Assembly (NCBI GenBank): GCA_963768275.1
Contig: CAVYHH010000003.1
Location: 44,810 to 108,809 of the forward strand
Direction: 5' to 3'
From: an uncultured Acidobacteriota bacterium
GTDB lineage: Bacteria > Acidobacteriota > Terriglobia > Acidiferrales > UBA7541
Length of the DNA stretch: 64,000 bases
The translations under genes were made by a program, and so were the position numbers. A model generated the notes under the pieces. The model searched no databases, was not told the origin of the DNA, and worked only from the letters and a program-made list of their open reading frames with translations. Positions within the stretch are counted from its first letter, which is position 1. Every line of letters begins with the position of its first letter. Positions 45,931-56,333 of this stretch are shown in pieces.

Positions 45931-46908
45931 ATGTGGTCACGCCCAAACCTGACGGACAGATCTTGCGGTCAACGAAAAACAATACCTCGGTTTTGCCTGC
46001 TCGCGGTTCTCGCGCTGTTTTGCACGGGATGCGGTGTTACTGGCGGGTCCAATCAGACTTCGCCTACGTCGCCGGCCCCGCCGTCGTCCACGGCTCCCTT
46101 CGGGCACGTTTTCCTGGTCGCCCTGGAGAATGCGAATTACACGGACGCGATTGGCAGTTCTTCGATGCCCTACCTGAATAGACTGGCAAATAAGTACGGC
46201 CTTGCAACGCAATACTATGCGGACACTCACCCGTCGATCGGCAACTATTTAATGCTGACCACCGGACAAATCCTGACAAACGACGATTCACAAACTCCCC
46301 TGACCTTCCCTGTCTCCGTGGACAACGCAGTCCGGGAACTGATCGCGTCGGGAAAAAGCTGGAAGCAGTATGCCGAGTCCATTCCGTCGGTCGGCTATAT
46401 CGGTGGCGACTCCTCCTGTTGCGGCGGGCAATTCTACACGCGCCATGCCCCGCTGCCGTTCATGACTGACGCGCAGATGGCGAGCCAGCTTGCGAATATC
46501 GTGCCTTTCGCACAGCTCGCAACCGACCTCGCTAACAACACTATGCCCGACTATGGTTTCATTACTCCGAACGGATGTGACGATGCACACGATTGCGGCC
46601 TGGACGTGGCGGACAGTTGGATGAAGACGAATATCGATCCGCTGATCAGGAACTCGCAATTCCAAAAAGACGGATTGCTCGTAATTGTCTTCGATGAATC
46701 GGGGAACGACAATACACATGGCGGAGGCAACGTTGCCGCCGTCATCATCAGCCCGTTCGCGAAGAGTGGCTATCAGTCCACTACACTCTATCAGCACGAA
46801 AGCGTTCTTCGCCTGATGCTCGAAGGACTGGGCGTGAAAACGCTGCCCGGAGCGGCCGCCAGTGCGCCGAAGATGTGGGAGTTCTTCACCTTCACCCCGC
46901 CGTCTTAG
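45931..46908 (+). CDS. secreted phosphoesterase-family protein (acid phosphatase/phospholipase C-like)
   Basis: A 325-aa ORF with HVFLVALENANYTDAIG, ITPNGCDDAHD and LLVIVFDESGND. It has a lipoprotein-like signal (LFCTGCG). Confidence 0.7.
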   Translation: MWSRPNLTDRSCGQRKTIPRFCLLAVLALFCTGCGVTGGSNQTSPTSPAPPSSTAPFGHVFLVALENANYTDAIGSSSMPYLNRLANKYGLATQYYADTHPSIGNYLMLTTGQILTNDDSQTPLTFPVSVDNAVRELIASGKSWKQYAESIPSVGYIGGDSSCCGGQFYTRHAPLPFMTDAQMASQLANIVPFAQLATDLANNTMPDYGFITPNGCDDAHDCGLDVADSWMKTNIDPLIRNSQFQKDGLLVIVFDESGNDNTHGGGNVAAVIISPFAKSGYQSTTLYQHESVLRLMLEGLGVKTLPGAAASAPKMWEFFTFTPPS

Positions 46909-47149
46909 AAGCCGGAAATGCGGCATTGCGTCCTCTTATCGTGACTCGGAGGTGGAAACGCTGAACCTTTCTATCAATGGCGCCGTGTTGGCGCTCCATA
47001 CAATCACGGTTCCACAAGGTCACGACCAGACGAAACCGGTGTACAATCACGGCCGTCTCGGCGTCAAAACAGAAATTCCGGCTAAATCGGAAATCCGGCA
47101 TGAAAGCGCCGGAATCGCCATTCCGTTTCTTACCGGGGGAAGGAACTTC

Positions 47150-47497
47150 ATGGAACCGAAAGTCGCGATGATGTTTGGAACGACGTTTTTCATTTTCATT
47201 GCGGTGATCTACGTCTACATGGCTCTGGCGCTCATGACCATCGCCACCAAGACGAATACCCCGAACGGTTGGCTCGCCTGGATTCCGATCGCCAACATCT
47301 TCCTGATGTTCAATATCGCCGGGAAACCCGCCTGGTGGTTCATCCTGTTTCTGATCCCGCTGGTCAACATCGTGATCGCGATCATCGTCTGGATGGCCAT
47401 CGCTGAGGCGCGGCACAAACCGAACTGGTGGGGCATATTGATGATCGTGCCCGTCGTTAACCTCATCGTCCCCGGCTATCTTGCCTGGTCCGATTGA
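47150..47497 (+). CDS. small membrane protein (DUF5684-like)
   Basis: I prefer the ATG at 47150, which follows GAAGGA. The product has WLAWIPIANIFLMFNIAGKPAWWFILFLIPLVNIV..PNWWGILMIVPVVNLI. Confidence 0.65.
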   Translation: MEPKVAMMFGTTFFIFIAVIYVYMALALMTIATKTNTPNGWLAWIPIANIFLMFNIAGKPAWWFILFLIPLVNIVIAIIVWMAIAEARHKPNWWGILMIVPVVNLIVPGYLAWSD

Positions 47498-47557
47498 GTC
47501 CTCTCGCCTTCAGGATTGGTTGGCTTTTGACCGTTTCTGTGGGTCCTGCGGAGCGAA

Positions 47558-48649
47558 TTAGATCGCGGCCGCGACGTCGCGATGAATTTCGAGCAGCTTT
47601 TTCAGCGACTGGTCGGCCGGGCGCCGGCCGAGGCCGCATTCCGTAGACACTCCTGTAGGTCCGGAATAATGCCGCTTGAAGGCCGCCAGCCGCTTCAAGC
47701 TTCCTTCCACTCCATCGGTGTAATGTACGAGGCCCGCGTAGACGGTGCCATCCCCGAATCGGAGATTCTTGAGCGGCGCAAAATAGGCGTCGTCGCTTCG
47801 ATGACGCGGGACAGACATTTGCACGTGATTGATTGGACGCGGCGAAACTTCCTGCGCCCGGTTGGCCATCGAAACGCTGGTCGACAGGTCGACGGGGTCT
47901 TTGAAATGCTTGTGGTGGAGATCGCCATAACACAAGTGCATACCGACGATAACCGCTTTGGGGATCGGTGCATTCAGCTCGCGGACGTAGCGTAGGAAGC
48001 GGTCCATGGGATCGCCATTGGGTTTGAACTGCATCGGAGCGGCATCCGGCAGGTGGTCGCCATGTTCCAGTGCGACGGTTTCCCAGTTGATGTCCCACTG
48101 AATCACCAGATCATTGTGTGGAATGATTTCACACAGGCGCATGACATCGCGCTGCATGACATCCAGGTAGGCATCCACCATCAGGTCCATATTCCGGGCG
48201 CTGTCAGTGAAGAGCCGGCAGGCATCGTCGGGAAACGGGAGGGACTGCTGAAAACGCACGCCGCGTGGGATCACCCCCTCGTCGCGCAAGCGGCAAAACA
48301 CCTGGTAAGACGCGGCCGCCACATCCGGATAACCCAGCGTCTCAATGCGCGAGAGTTTCTTCACCCCTGGCTTTGGGCCGTACCATTGCAAAGTGTCGTA
48401 GTCCTTAGGAAGAAAGGCGGGCAACCCGCCCCCGGCTGGAACGACAGCCCTGATCTCTTCCAAGTCGGGATGCTTCGCCCAAGTGTTTACAAGCACGAAA
48501 TAAATCCAGAAGCGACGCACCCCAAATTCTCCGTCGGTGAAGCCTATGGCCAGATCCCCGAGGATCGGGGCCAGGGTACGAAATACTTCCTCGGCACTTT
48601 TTCCGGGAACTCCGCCTACCAACATGACAGGTCTGGCAGCTCCAGACAT
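47558..48649 (-). CDS. hypothetical protein (possible MetE-like/UROD-fold)
   Basis: A 363-aa ORF. Only a weak cue, VGMHLCYGDLHH, is reminiscent of cobalamin-independent methionine-synthase-type metal sites. The function is not established. Confidence 0.5.
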   Translation of the reverse strand: MSGAARPVMLVGGVPGKSAEEVFRTLAPILGDLAIGFTDGEFGVRRFWIYFVLVNTWAKHPDLEEIRAVVPAGGGLPAFLPKDYDTLQWYGPKPGVKKLSRIETLGYPDVAAASYQVFCRLRDEGVIPRGVRFQQSLPFPDDACRLFTDSARNMDLMVDAYLDVMQRDVMRLCEIIPHNDLVIQWDINWETVALEHGDHLPDAAPMQFKPNGDPMDRFLRYVRELNAPIPKAVIVGMHLCYGDLHHKHFKDPVDLSTSVSMANRAQEVSPRPINHVQMSVPRHRSDDAYFAPLKNLRFGDGTVYAGLVHYTDGVEGSLKRLAAFKRHYSGPTGVSTECGLGRRPADQSLKKLLEIHRDVAAAI

Positions 48650-48829
48650 GGATTCGCGCCTCGATTCTCGACGTGCGAAAATACCACGACAGTTTTTAAA
48701 TTACGCAGAGGCCGGCCCGACTGTCGCGCATAATACTCCTGAAGCCAAAAACTCGCCAGCCATTCGCTGATTTGCCTGCGAGCGCCGGAAATGATCTACT
48801 ACGCTCAGTTTCCCCATGGGTGTCCGGCC

Positions 48830-50440
48830 ATGCCTGACATTGAAGTTCCGGTCTTGATTGTTGGCGGCAGCCTGGTAGGCCTTTCCACGGCGCTGCTTCT
48901 TGGCCACCACGGGATACGTGCGCTCGCTGTCGAGCATCATCGTGGCACCGCGATTCATCCTCGAGCCGCGCAGATCAGCCAACGTACGATGGAGGTATTT
49001 CGCACCGTCGGCGTCGAGCAGATCGTCCGGGAAAAGTCGGACGAGCAGTTCGTCCAGGATGGCGCGATTCTCGCCGTCGAGTCGCTGGCGGGCGCGGAAA
49101 TCGAACGCTACATTGCCAACCTGAACGCCGGCGTTACCGACATCAGCCCCTGCAAGCGCTGCTTCATCTCGCAAAGTCTGCTCGAGCCGCTGTTGAAATC
49201 CCGCGCGCAGGAACTCGGCGCGGAACTGCTCTTTGGGACGGAGATGATTTCCTTCGAGCAGCACGCTGACTGTGTGACGGCCGTCGTCCGGAACCGCGAC
49301 ACGGAAAAGACCAATACCGTGCGAGCGCGTTACATGGTGGCGGCCGATGGCGCGCGCAGCGGCGTCCGCGAGCGGCTGGGAATCCACATGGCGGGCCACG
49401 GCACTTTTTCAAAAAGCATCACGATCTATTTTCGCGCCAATGTCGAGCCGTTACTGCGGGACCGGAATTTGACTGTCATTTACGTGTTCAATCCCGTGTT
49501 GCGCGGTTTCTTCCGAATTGAAAAGCCGTTCCAGTCCGGCTTCCTCGCTGTCAACATCGCCAACGATTCCGGCCAACCGGTGACGGACGTATCCACGGGC
49601 TTGACGGAGCAGCGCAGCCTGGAATTTGTTCGCGCAGGTCTCGGCAGGGACGATATCCCCATCACGATCGAAAACGTGATGCATTGGGATTCCGCCGCCG
49701 ATGTAGCCGACCAATTCCAAGCGGGCCGCGTCCTGATTGCAGGAGACGCCGCGCACATCATGACGCCAAACGGCGGCTTCGGCGGCAATACGGGCGTGCA
49801 GGACGCCCACAACCTTGCCTGGAAACTTGCCCTGGTGCTGAAAGGCCTCGCGAATCCGGAACTGCTTTCCACGTACGAGCCCGAGCGGCGTCCGGCGTCG
49901 GCCTTCACCGTTGAGCAGGCTTACACACGCTACGTGGTGCGCGTCGCGCCAGACCTTCCGGCAGATCCGCATCAGCCCCTGGCCAACGACTTGAACATCG
50001 AAATGGGGTATATCTATCATTCATCCGCTGTGCTTCCCGAGGATGCGAACGACGCCCGCGTCCATGAGAACCCTCGGGAATCCAAAGGGCGTCCGGGAAC
50101 GCGCGCCCCGCACGTTTGGCTCGCACAGGACGGCCGGCAAATATCCACACTGGACTTTTTCGGCAGGAACTTCGCTCTGCTTGGAGGCGCCGAATCGAAT
50201 GCGTGGTGCGAGTGCGGCGAGGAGGCATCGAAGCAACTGAGAATCGATCTCGATGTTCATCGCGTGGGTGCGAGTAGGCTAGCAGATCCGACCGGTGAGT
50301 TCTTGTCGGGCTTTGGAATCGATTCGACAGGTGCGGTCCTCGTGCGGCCCGATGGCTTTGTCGCGTGGCGCGCGAAGACCAGCGAAGGCGCGTCGGCTGC
50401 GAAAATGGAAAGCGCACTCTCGACCATATTGTCGAGATAG
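48830..50440 (+). CDS. FAD-dependent aromatic-ring monooxygenase (PheA/TfdB-type)
   Basis: I prefer the ATG at 48830. Motifs are VLIVGGSLVGLSTALLL (GxGxxG), DGARSGVRERLGI and GRVLIAGDAAHIMTPNGGFGGNTGVQDAHNLAWKL. Confidence 0.85.
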   Translation: MPDIEVPVLIVGGSLVGLSTALLLGHHGIRALAVEHHRGTAIHPRAAQISQRTMEVFRTVGVEQIVREKSDEQFVQDGAILAVESLAGAEIERYIANLNAGVTDISPCKRCFISQSLLEPLLKSRAQELGAELLFGTEMISFEQHADCVTAVVRNRDTEKTNTVRARYMVAADGARSGVRERLGIHMAGHGTFSKSITIYFRANVEPLLRDRNLTVIYVFNPVLRGFFRIEKPFQSGFLAVNIANDSGQPVTDVSTGLTEQRSLEFVRAGLGRDDIPITIENVMHWDSAADVADQFQAGRVLIAGDAAHIMTPNGGFGGNTGVQDAHNLAWKLALVLKGLANPELLSTYEPERRPASAFTVEQAYTRYVVRVAPDLPADPHQPLANDLNIEMGYIYHSSAVLPEDANDARVHENPRESKGRPGTRAPHVWLAQDGRQISTLDFFGRNFALLGGAESNAWCECGEEASKQLRIDLDVHRVGASRLADPTGEFLSGFGIDSTGAVLVRPDGFVAWRAKTSEGASAAKMESALSTILSR

Positions 50441-50627
50441 CCTGGCATCTGTCCGCTAACCCGGCTTCACCAGTGCGATTTCCTGGCTCAGGATGTGTTT
50501 GCTTTTCTCCGGGCAAACTAAATTTCTCGCGAATGCGCCACGGCTATGCTCCGACGGCTTAACGTTTGACAGTGACACTGGGCCGTCCATTACAATCTCG
50601 ACGCGTGACAGGAAAAAGGGGAAACAT

Positions 50628-51548
50628 ATGCATCATCTGCTTCGTGCACAGGACATCCAGCTCGTGCCCGCCTATGTGGGGAATAGCAAGTCGTTTAACC
50701 GATGTTCCCTGGTCGATGGATCTTCCGGTTCGGTGCACATGGGTCTGGGGTTGTGCACCCTCAAAGCGGGCGGCGTGATTAATACGCATCTGCACTCATT
50801 CGAAGAGAGCTTCTACGTTCTCGAGGGACAGCCCACGCTCATCCTGGACGGCGACGCCTATCCTCTTGTGCCCGGCGCGTGCGGCCTCGTTCCGGTCGGT
50901 GTGCCACACGCGTGGCTGGGGCCCGCGAAGGGCAGCGCGAAGTGGATTGATATGCTGGCCCCGCAGCCGCGCGTGAAGGGTGCACCTGACGACACGTTTT
51001 TCACGGGCCCGCCCGCGCAGTTCGAGAAGAAACAGCTCGACATCCGCGACCCGCGCTCCCGGCACCTGTTTCGAATGCTTGAGAGCGATATTGTGCTCGA
51101 CGAGCTCAAGGCCGGCTCGCGCGTCAGCGCTCCAACGGTGTCCGCAAGCATGTCGACCGCGCTTCTCGCCTACAGCGGAATTGCGCTCAAAATGCTCGTG
51201 GATCAGCGTCTGGACGCGCAGCTTTCAACAATGTTCATGGTCGAATACCAGCCCGGCGGCGTCGCACACCTGCACGACCATCCTCTGGAGGAGTCGTACG
51301 TAATTCTTTCTGGCAGTGTCGAAGCAGTTGCCGATGACGCCCGGTACACGCTTCAGGTAGGCGATGTGTTCTGGACTGGCGTAGGGTGCGTACACGCATT
51401 TTATAATACAAGCAAAGGCACCGTGCGCTGGCTGGAGACCCAGTCTCCTCAGCTTCCGCCGAGGTACGGGTACCGATTCAACCGTGACTGGGAGTACCTA
51501 AAGGATAAGCTCGCAACGCCTTCCTCAGCGCGAAAAAATAGGCGCTGA
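50628..51548 (+). CDS. bicupin protein (ring-cleavage dioxygenase-like)
   Basis: I prefer the ATG at 50628. Two cupin modules are present: HLHSFEESFYVLEG..VPVGVPHAW and HLHDHPLEESYVILSG..GVGCVHAFYN. Confidence 0.7.
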   Translation: MHHLLRAQDIQLVPAYVGNSKSFNRCSLVDGSSGSVHMGLGLCTLKAGGVINTHLHSFEESFYVLEGQPTLILDGDAYPLVPGACGLVPVGVPHAWLGPAKGSAKWIDMLAPQPRVKGAPDDTFFTGPPAQFEKKQLDIRDPRSRHLFRMLESDIVLDELKAGSRVSAPTVSASMSTALLAYSGIALKMLVDQRLDAQLSTMFMVEYQPGGVAHLHDHPLEESYVILSGSVEAVADDARYTLQVGDVFWTGVGCVHAFYNTSKGTVRWLETQSPQLPPRYGYRFNRDWEYLKDKLATPSSARKNRR

Positions 51549-51640
51549 TCCGACTGGCTGGCGTTACTGGAAGGGATCGGCTGATAGAAAACCGTGCAAA
51601 TGGGTGATGGACGTGAATCTCTCAACGGACTGGAGGCGGT

Positions 51641-52345
51641 ATGTCTGATCAAGGCAGTGCTGTAATAGTGGGGGGAACTTCGGGTCTCGGACGACAGGTC
51701 GCTCAGGTGCTCGCGGCTCGCGGTGACGACGTCGTGATCACCGGCCGCGACAAGGCGAAGGCCGAGGCCGTCGCCGCGCAAATCGGCGGCCGGATCCGGG
51801 GCCTCGCATTGGATCTCGCCAATCCGAATGAGATTGCCGGCCGCCTCGCGCAGATCGGCCAAGTGAAAAGCCTGGTCATCGCGGCGATCGAACGAGATGA
51901 CAACAGCGTGCGCAAATTCGATATTGCCCGCGCCACGCGGCTGATGACGCTTAAGCTCGTGGGCTACGCCGAGGTCATTCATGCGCTTGTGACACGCTTC
52001 GAGCCGGGAGCTTCGATCGTCTTATTCGGCGGGCAGGCCAAGGAACGGCCCTATCCCGGTTCGACCACCGTCTCCACGGTGAATGGGGGCATAGCCACCA
52101 TGGTGCACACACTCGCTGTGGAGCTTGCACCGATTCGCGTGAACGCGATTCATCCGGGGATCGTCGGGGACAGTCCAGCCTGGAGCGGAAAACCGCCCGA
52201 AGTCCTCGATCGAGTGAGAGTTCGCACGCCGACCGGACGACTAGCGACTATGGCGGACATCGCCGGCGCCGTGATCTTTCTCTTGGAAAACCAGGCGGTA
52301 AATGGCGTCAACCTGAATGTTGACGGCGGCTGGTTGCTTCTCTAA
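51641..52345 (+). CDS. SDR-family oxidoreductase (atypical: no clear YxxxK)
   Basis: A 234-aa ORF with Rossmann motif VGGTSGLGRQ and IRVNAIHPGIV. The catalytic Tyr/Lys pair is not evident at the expected position (..STVNGGIATMVHTLA..). Confidence 0.7.
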   Translation: MSDQGSAVIVGGTSGLGRQVAQVLAARGDDVVITGRDKAKAEAVAAQIGGRIRGLALDLANPNEIAGRLAQIGQVKSLVIAAIERDDNSVRKFDIARATRLMTLKLVGYAEVIHALVTRFEPGASIVLFGGQAKERPYPGSTTVSTVNGGIATMVHTLAVELAPIRVNAIHPGIVGDSPAWSGKPPEVLDRVRVRTPTGRLATMADIAGAVIFLLENQAVNGVNLNVDGGWLLL

Positions 52346-52616
52346 ACGGTTGAAACTCGGCACGTAAAACAACCATTCGGATCGGCAGCGCACCGTTATA
52401 GCGGCGCCATTCTGTGGGTGGGACTGCGCCGCCTGCGCGATGCACCAATCAAAAGTTATCTAGCTTGTCGAATTATGCCTGAGAAGTCCCTAATCAGAAT
52501 GTGCCTTCTTGCCCCAAACAGGACTTGTACAAAAGTGAATGGCGAACTCGTTGCTGTCGTCTTCATTTCCATAGAGTTGATGTCGAGGGGACAGCATCTA
52601 GCTTAATGCATCGAAA

Positions 52617-53312
52617 CTATTGGTAGGCACTCCAATGACGGGTCTGGTCAATCACCTGTAAGCGATCGTTGGCTCCTAGACGCCGCATGATGTTATGAAT
52701 GTGGTTCTTTACAGTTTGTTCGGAAATGTTCAGGTGGGATCCGATTTCCTTATTCGTCAATCCTCGAGAAATCAGAGGAATAACCTGCTGTTGTCGCCGA
52801 GTCAGCCCAAGCTCAAGCTTCATTCGTGCGCTTGGAATGGCGGTCGATTGCCGCGAAAATGCTCGAAATAAATAAAAGCACAACTGTTGAGGACAGATGG
52901 CTTGCCCTTGGGCGACCGCCAGTACGCCGGCCATAATCTCGGCAGCAGAAGCATCTCTTAGCATGTAACCCAGGGCTCCAACTCGCACACTTTCCAGAAA
53001 TACTTCTGGATCGCAATCCATATCAATCAGAACGACCTTGATGTTTGGAACTTGACCGACAATTTCGGATATGTATGCGAAGTTCGGCAATCGGGCGGTA
53101 ATTGGATCCAGAATCAGAATGTCGGCCCTCGATTCAGCAACGGAAGGAGTAGTATCAGGGGTGCAGGGAGAGGCGCCACACACATTGAAATTTCCGCTCT
53201 TATTGAGTAGCCGGGCCAGCGACTCGCGCAACAAGCGATTTTCCGCAACCAGGAACACTGAAGCTTTATGATTCAGCACGCTGCCTCCGGGTTCGTCAAC
53301 AACGCATGGCAC
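52617..53312 (-). CDS. LuxR/NarL-family response regulator with degenerate receiver domain
   Basis: The C-terminal HTH is LTRRQQQVIPLISRGLTNKEIGSHLNISEQTVKNHIHNIMRRLG. The receiver has VFLVAEN in place of the acidic DD pair and GYMLRD in place of GYLLKD. Confidence 0.8.
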   Translation of the reverse strand: MPCVVDEPGGSVLNHKASVFLVAENRLLRESLARLLNKSGNFNVCGASPCTPDTTPSVAESRADILILDPITARLPNFAYISEIVGQVPNIKVVLIDMDCDPEVFLESVRVGALGYMLRDASAAEIMAGVLAVAQGQAICPQQLCFYLFRAFSRQSTAIPSARMKLELGLTRRQQQVIPLISRGLTNKEIGSHLNISEQTVKNHIHNIMRRLGANDRLQVIDQTRHWSAYQ

Positions 53313-53912
53313 GTTGATTCGAAGATTCCCACGGGTGTGCCAGCCGAATATGAGCGCGTTCCGACGATGAGGATGCCGGCCCTTATACTCAGGATGCGAC
53401 CGAGTGTTTCGGCCAGAAACCGATTCCCAGACAACGGGAACAATAGAATTGGGATATGCGTTGTCATTACTGATCTACTTGTTTCAATGCCCGTGTTCTG
53501 CTTGCCCGACGGCTTTAGAGAAGTGGCATGTTTATCGGAGCCACTGCTCGTGCGGACCTGTCAATTCTGACAGTATGACAATCAATATAACTAGATTCAA
53601 AAGCCGAGGGCGGTGGTTGTTCCGGAGGGTGGTCGATATTGTGCTGTATTTTCGCCAAGTTCCGAGTGAACTTGCCCAAGTAGAACGATCCGCAAGACTT
53701 GCATCGCATGCCTGCCACCGTAGAGAGGTCGTTGGTCATAGCCCTGTAATTTTGATTGAATGTCCGCTCTGTTCAATAAGGCGGATACGGTAATCACGAT
53801 AGGTATAACAATGTAAGGCCCGGCTCCAAAAGCCCAAAACAGGTCGCAATCGGGACCGAAAAGCCTGCCGGTCACCTCGCGCAATACTTGGAGTGACGCT
53901 CACAAAGGGGCC

Positions 53913-53947
53913 AAATCCCGATAAGCCTTGTCGGAATGTGGCTTTTT
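53913..53947. repeat. overlapping inverted REP-like heads
   Basis: Sequence aaatcccgataagccttgtcggaatgtggcttttt. Confidence 0.6.
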
Positions 53948-54112
53948 GGCTTCGGGCAGCTTGAGATTTGATTATTTTGTTCTGCCTAGCGTTGATCGCG
54001 AGGGATAGTACCCTGCCGCCACCACCGGTGCTGCCTGCTTGAATGATTGTCTTCCGTTAGGGTCCGCAATGGGAGGATAATCATTTCGATTAACTCATTC
54101 CAAGGCGAGGAG

Positions 54113-55792
54113 ATGATGATGGAAACCAAGCGAGTCTTGCTTATCGCAGGTGGCGCTCTTGCTGCCATCCTTCTTCAAACCGTGTCCCCTCGACTTCACG
54201 CGGAGCCTCAGACGGCATCCGCGTTGAGCGGGCAGGTCACCTCCGCCGAGGAAGGCCCGATGGAAGGTGTGGTAGTCAGCGCGAAGAAGGGGGGCTCGAC
54301 AATCAGCATCAGCGTTGTTACCAACGCCGCGGGTCGTTTTGCTTTCCCGGTTGCGAGACTCGAACCCGGACACTACGCATTGACCGCACGCGCGGCCGGC
54401 TATGAGCTGGACGGAGCCAGAGCCGTGGATGTCGCCTCAGGCCAGGAAGCCAAGGCTGAGATCAAGCTCAAAAAAATGAAGAACTTGTCCGGCCATCTCA
54501 CCAATGCCGAATGGTTGATCAGCATGCCCGGCACGGACGATCAGAAGCGCTTCCTGCTGAATTGTACCGGCTGCCACACGCTTGAGCGCATCATGAAGTC
54601 GACGCATGACGCCGACGAATTCCTGGAAGTCTTCAAGCGGATGAGTCTCTACTATCCCGGCAGCACTCCGCTGAAGCCGCAACGTCTCACTGGAACTGCA
54701 AGCCGCGATGTGGAACGCGGCGGCAACGGCAGGAAGACCGCGGAATGGCTCGCCAGCGTCAACCTGAGCCAGGAGCCGGCCTGGACTTTTCCTCTGAAGA
54801 CCCAGCCTCGACTCACTGGCAAGTCCACGCATGTGATCATCACCGAATACGATTTGCCAAATCACTTGATTCAGCCGCACGACGTGATGCTCGATCGCGC
54901 CGGCAACGTCTGGTACTCCGACTTCGGTCAGATGTTCCTCGGCAAGATGGATCCGAAGACCGGCGAGGTGATGCAATATCCGATCCCGGTAGTCAAGCCG
55001 GGATGGCCGGAAGGCACGCTCGACCTGGAGTTCGACACCGACGACAATCCCTGGGTCGGCGTGATGTACCAGAGCGCGATCGCGAAGTTCGACAGGAAGA
55101 CCGAGAAATTCCGATTCTGGAGCACGCCGAAGGAATGGGATACTGACGGCGGCCAGCTCGGCCATATCGCAATCGAAGGCACTCCTGCCGACAATAAGGT
55201 GTGGATCAAGAACTCGGATGGCAGCAACATCTACCGGCTCGATCTGATTTCCAACAAGATGGAGAACCTTGGCAACTTCAAGGATCCGCAGACCGGCAAA
55301 CGCGTCGGGCCCTACGGCATCCACTCGGACCTGCAGAACAATCTCTATTTGCTCGATTTTTCAGCCGGGAATATCGTCAAGATCGATGCCAAGACGAAGA
55401 ATGCGACCGTCTACCGGACTCCGACCCCGGACTCCCGCCCGCGGCGCGGCCGCGTCGATCCAGAAGGCCGGTTGTGGTTTGCCGAATATCAGGGCAACGC
55501 GATCGGCATGCTCGATCCCAAAACCGAGCGCATCACCGAATGGAAGGTGCCCACGGCGTGGAGCGCTCCGTATGACGCGGTGGCCGACCGCAACGGTGAG
55601 GCCTGGACCGGGTCCATGCTAACCGACCGTGTGGCGCGTCTTGATATCAAGAGCGGCCAGTATACGGAATACATGCTGCCGCGCCCGACCAACATCCGCC
55701 GTGTCTATGTCGACGATGCGAAGAACCCCGGCACGCTTTGGATCGGCAGCAACCACGGCGCATCGATTGTCAAGGTCGAACCGCTCGACTAG
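54113..55792 (+). CDS. secreted multidomain protein: carboxypeptidase-regulatory-like domain, CxxCH haem motif, Vgb (streptogramin-lyase)-like beta-propeller
   Basis: The ATG cluster at 54113-54121 follows GAGGAG. The product has a signal peptide, GQVTSAEEGPMEGVVVSAKKGGSTISISVVTNAAGRFAF, NCTGCHTLE, and repeated NVWYSDF/NPWVG/LWFAEY blades. Confidence 0.7.
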   Translation: MMMETKRVLLIAGGALAAILLQTVSPRLHAEPQTASALSGQVTSAEEGPMEGVVVSAKKGGSTISISVVTNAAGRFAFPVARLEPGHYALTARAAGYELDGARAVDVASGQEAKAEIKLKKMKNLSGHLTNAEWLISMPGTDDQKRFLLNCTGCHTLERIMKSTHDADEFLEVFKRMSLYYPGSTPLKPQRLTGTASRDVERGGNGRKTAEWLASVNLSQEPAWTFPLKTQPRLTGKSTHVIITEYDLPNHLIQPHDVMLDRAGNVWYSDFGQMFLGKMDPKTGEVMQYPIPVVKPGWPEGTLDLEFDTDDNPWVGVMYQSAIAKFDRKTEKFRFWSTPKEWDTDGGQLGHIAIEGTPADNKVWIKNSDGSNIYRLDLISNKMENLGNFKDPQTGKRVGPYGIHSDLQNNLYLLDFSAGNIVKIDAKTKNATVYRTPTPDSRPRRGRVDPEGRLWFAEYQGNAIGMLDPKTERITEWKVPTAWSAPYDAVADRNGEAWTGSMLTDRVARLDIKSGQYTEYMLPRPTNIRRVYVDDAKNPGTLWIGSNHGASIVKVEPLD

Positions 55793-56063
55793 AGTTCGTT
55801 CCGATTTGCGCGTTTGGTTTTGGATGCCTCCGGCGCACTTGGCTTGATCCATCGGGCCTCTTCCGACAATTTTCACAATCAGAAGGACGGTTGAAATCTT
55901 TCTTTTGTCAAATATGCCTCAAGGCCTGCCAGTTTTGCTTCCACCAGTTAATTGCGAAACGCAGAGTAACCCTCATACGCGCTCATATCGTTCATCTCCG
56001 CTCAGTCGACACCAGCATCATTCGAACAACGGGGCATGAAGTCTTATCGGATCAACCGATTAG

Positions 56064-56087
56064 ATGGCGTTGCGTCGACCCATTGAG
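56064..56087. repeat. solo fragment of the 210-bp repeat (fused terminal repeats)
   Basis: Sequence atggcgttgcgtcgacccattgag. It matches the right end of copy A (gttgcatcgacccattgag) and the reverse complement of its left end (atggcgttgcatcgacc). Confidence 0.55.
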
Positions 56088-56333
56088 CTCGCACCGCTTA
56101 TCGGGAATTCGTGTCGGCAGCGATTGAAATCGTAGCCTTACATGAAGCCGGCTCTGGTTCTTGTCTCATTTGGACAGGGACATAGGAGCAGGCGAAAGTA
56201 CAAGTAACAACTGGCTGGGAGGCCAGTTGAATCTCCGCGAACGCTGAGAGACGATTAGTGAAAGATAGCGAGAATCTGAAGATTGAATTGCAACGGCCTT
56301 GATCCACTCTGAATGCCCCAGTGGGAGGGTTCG

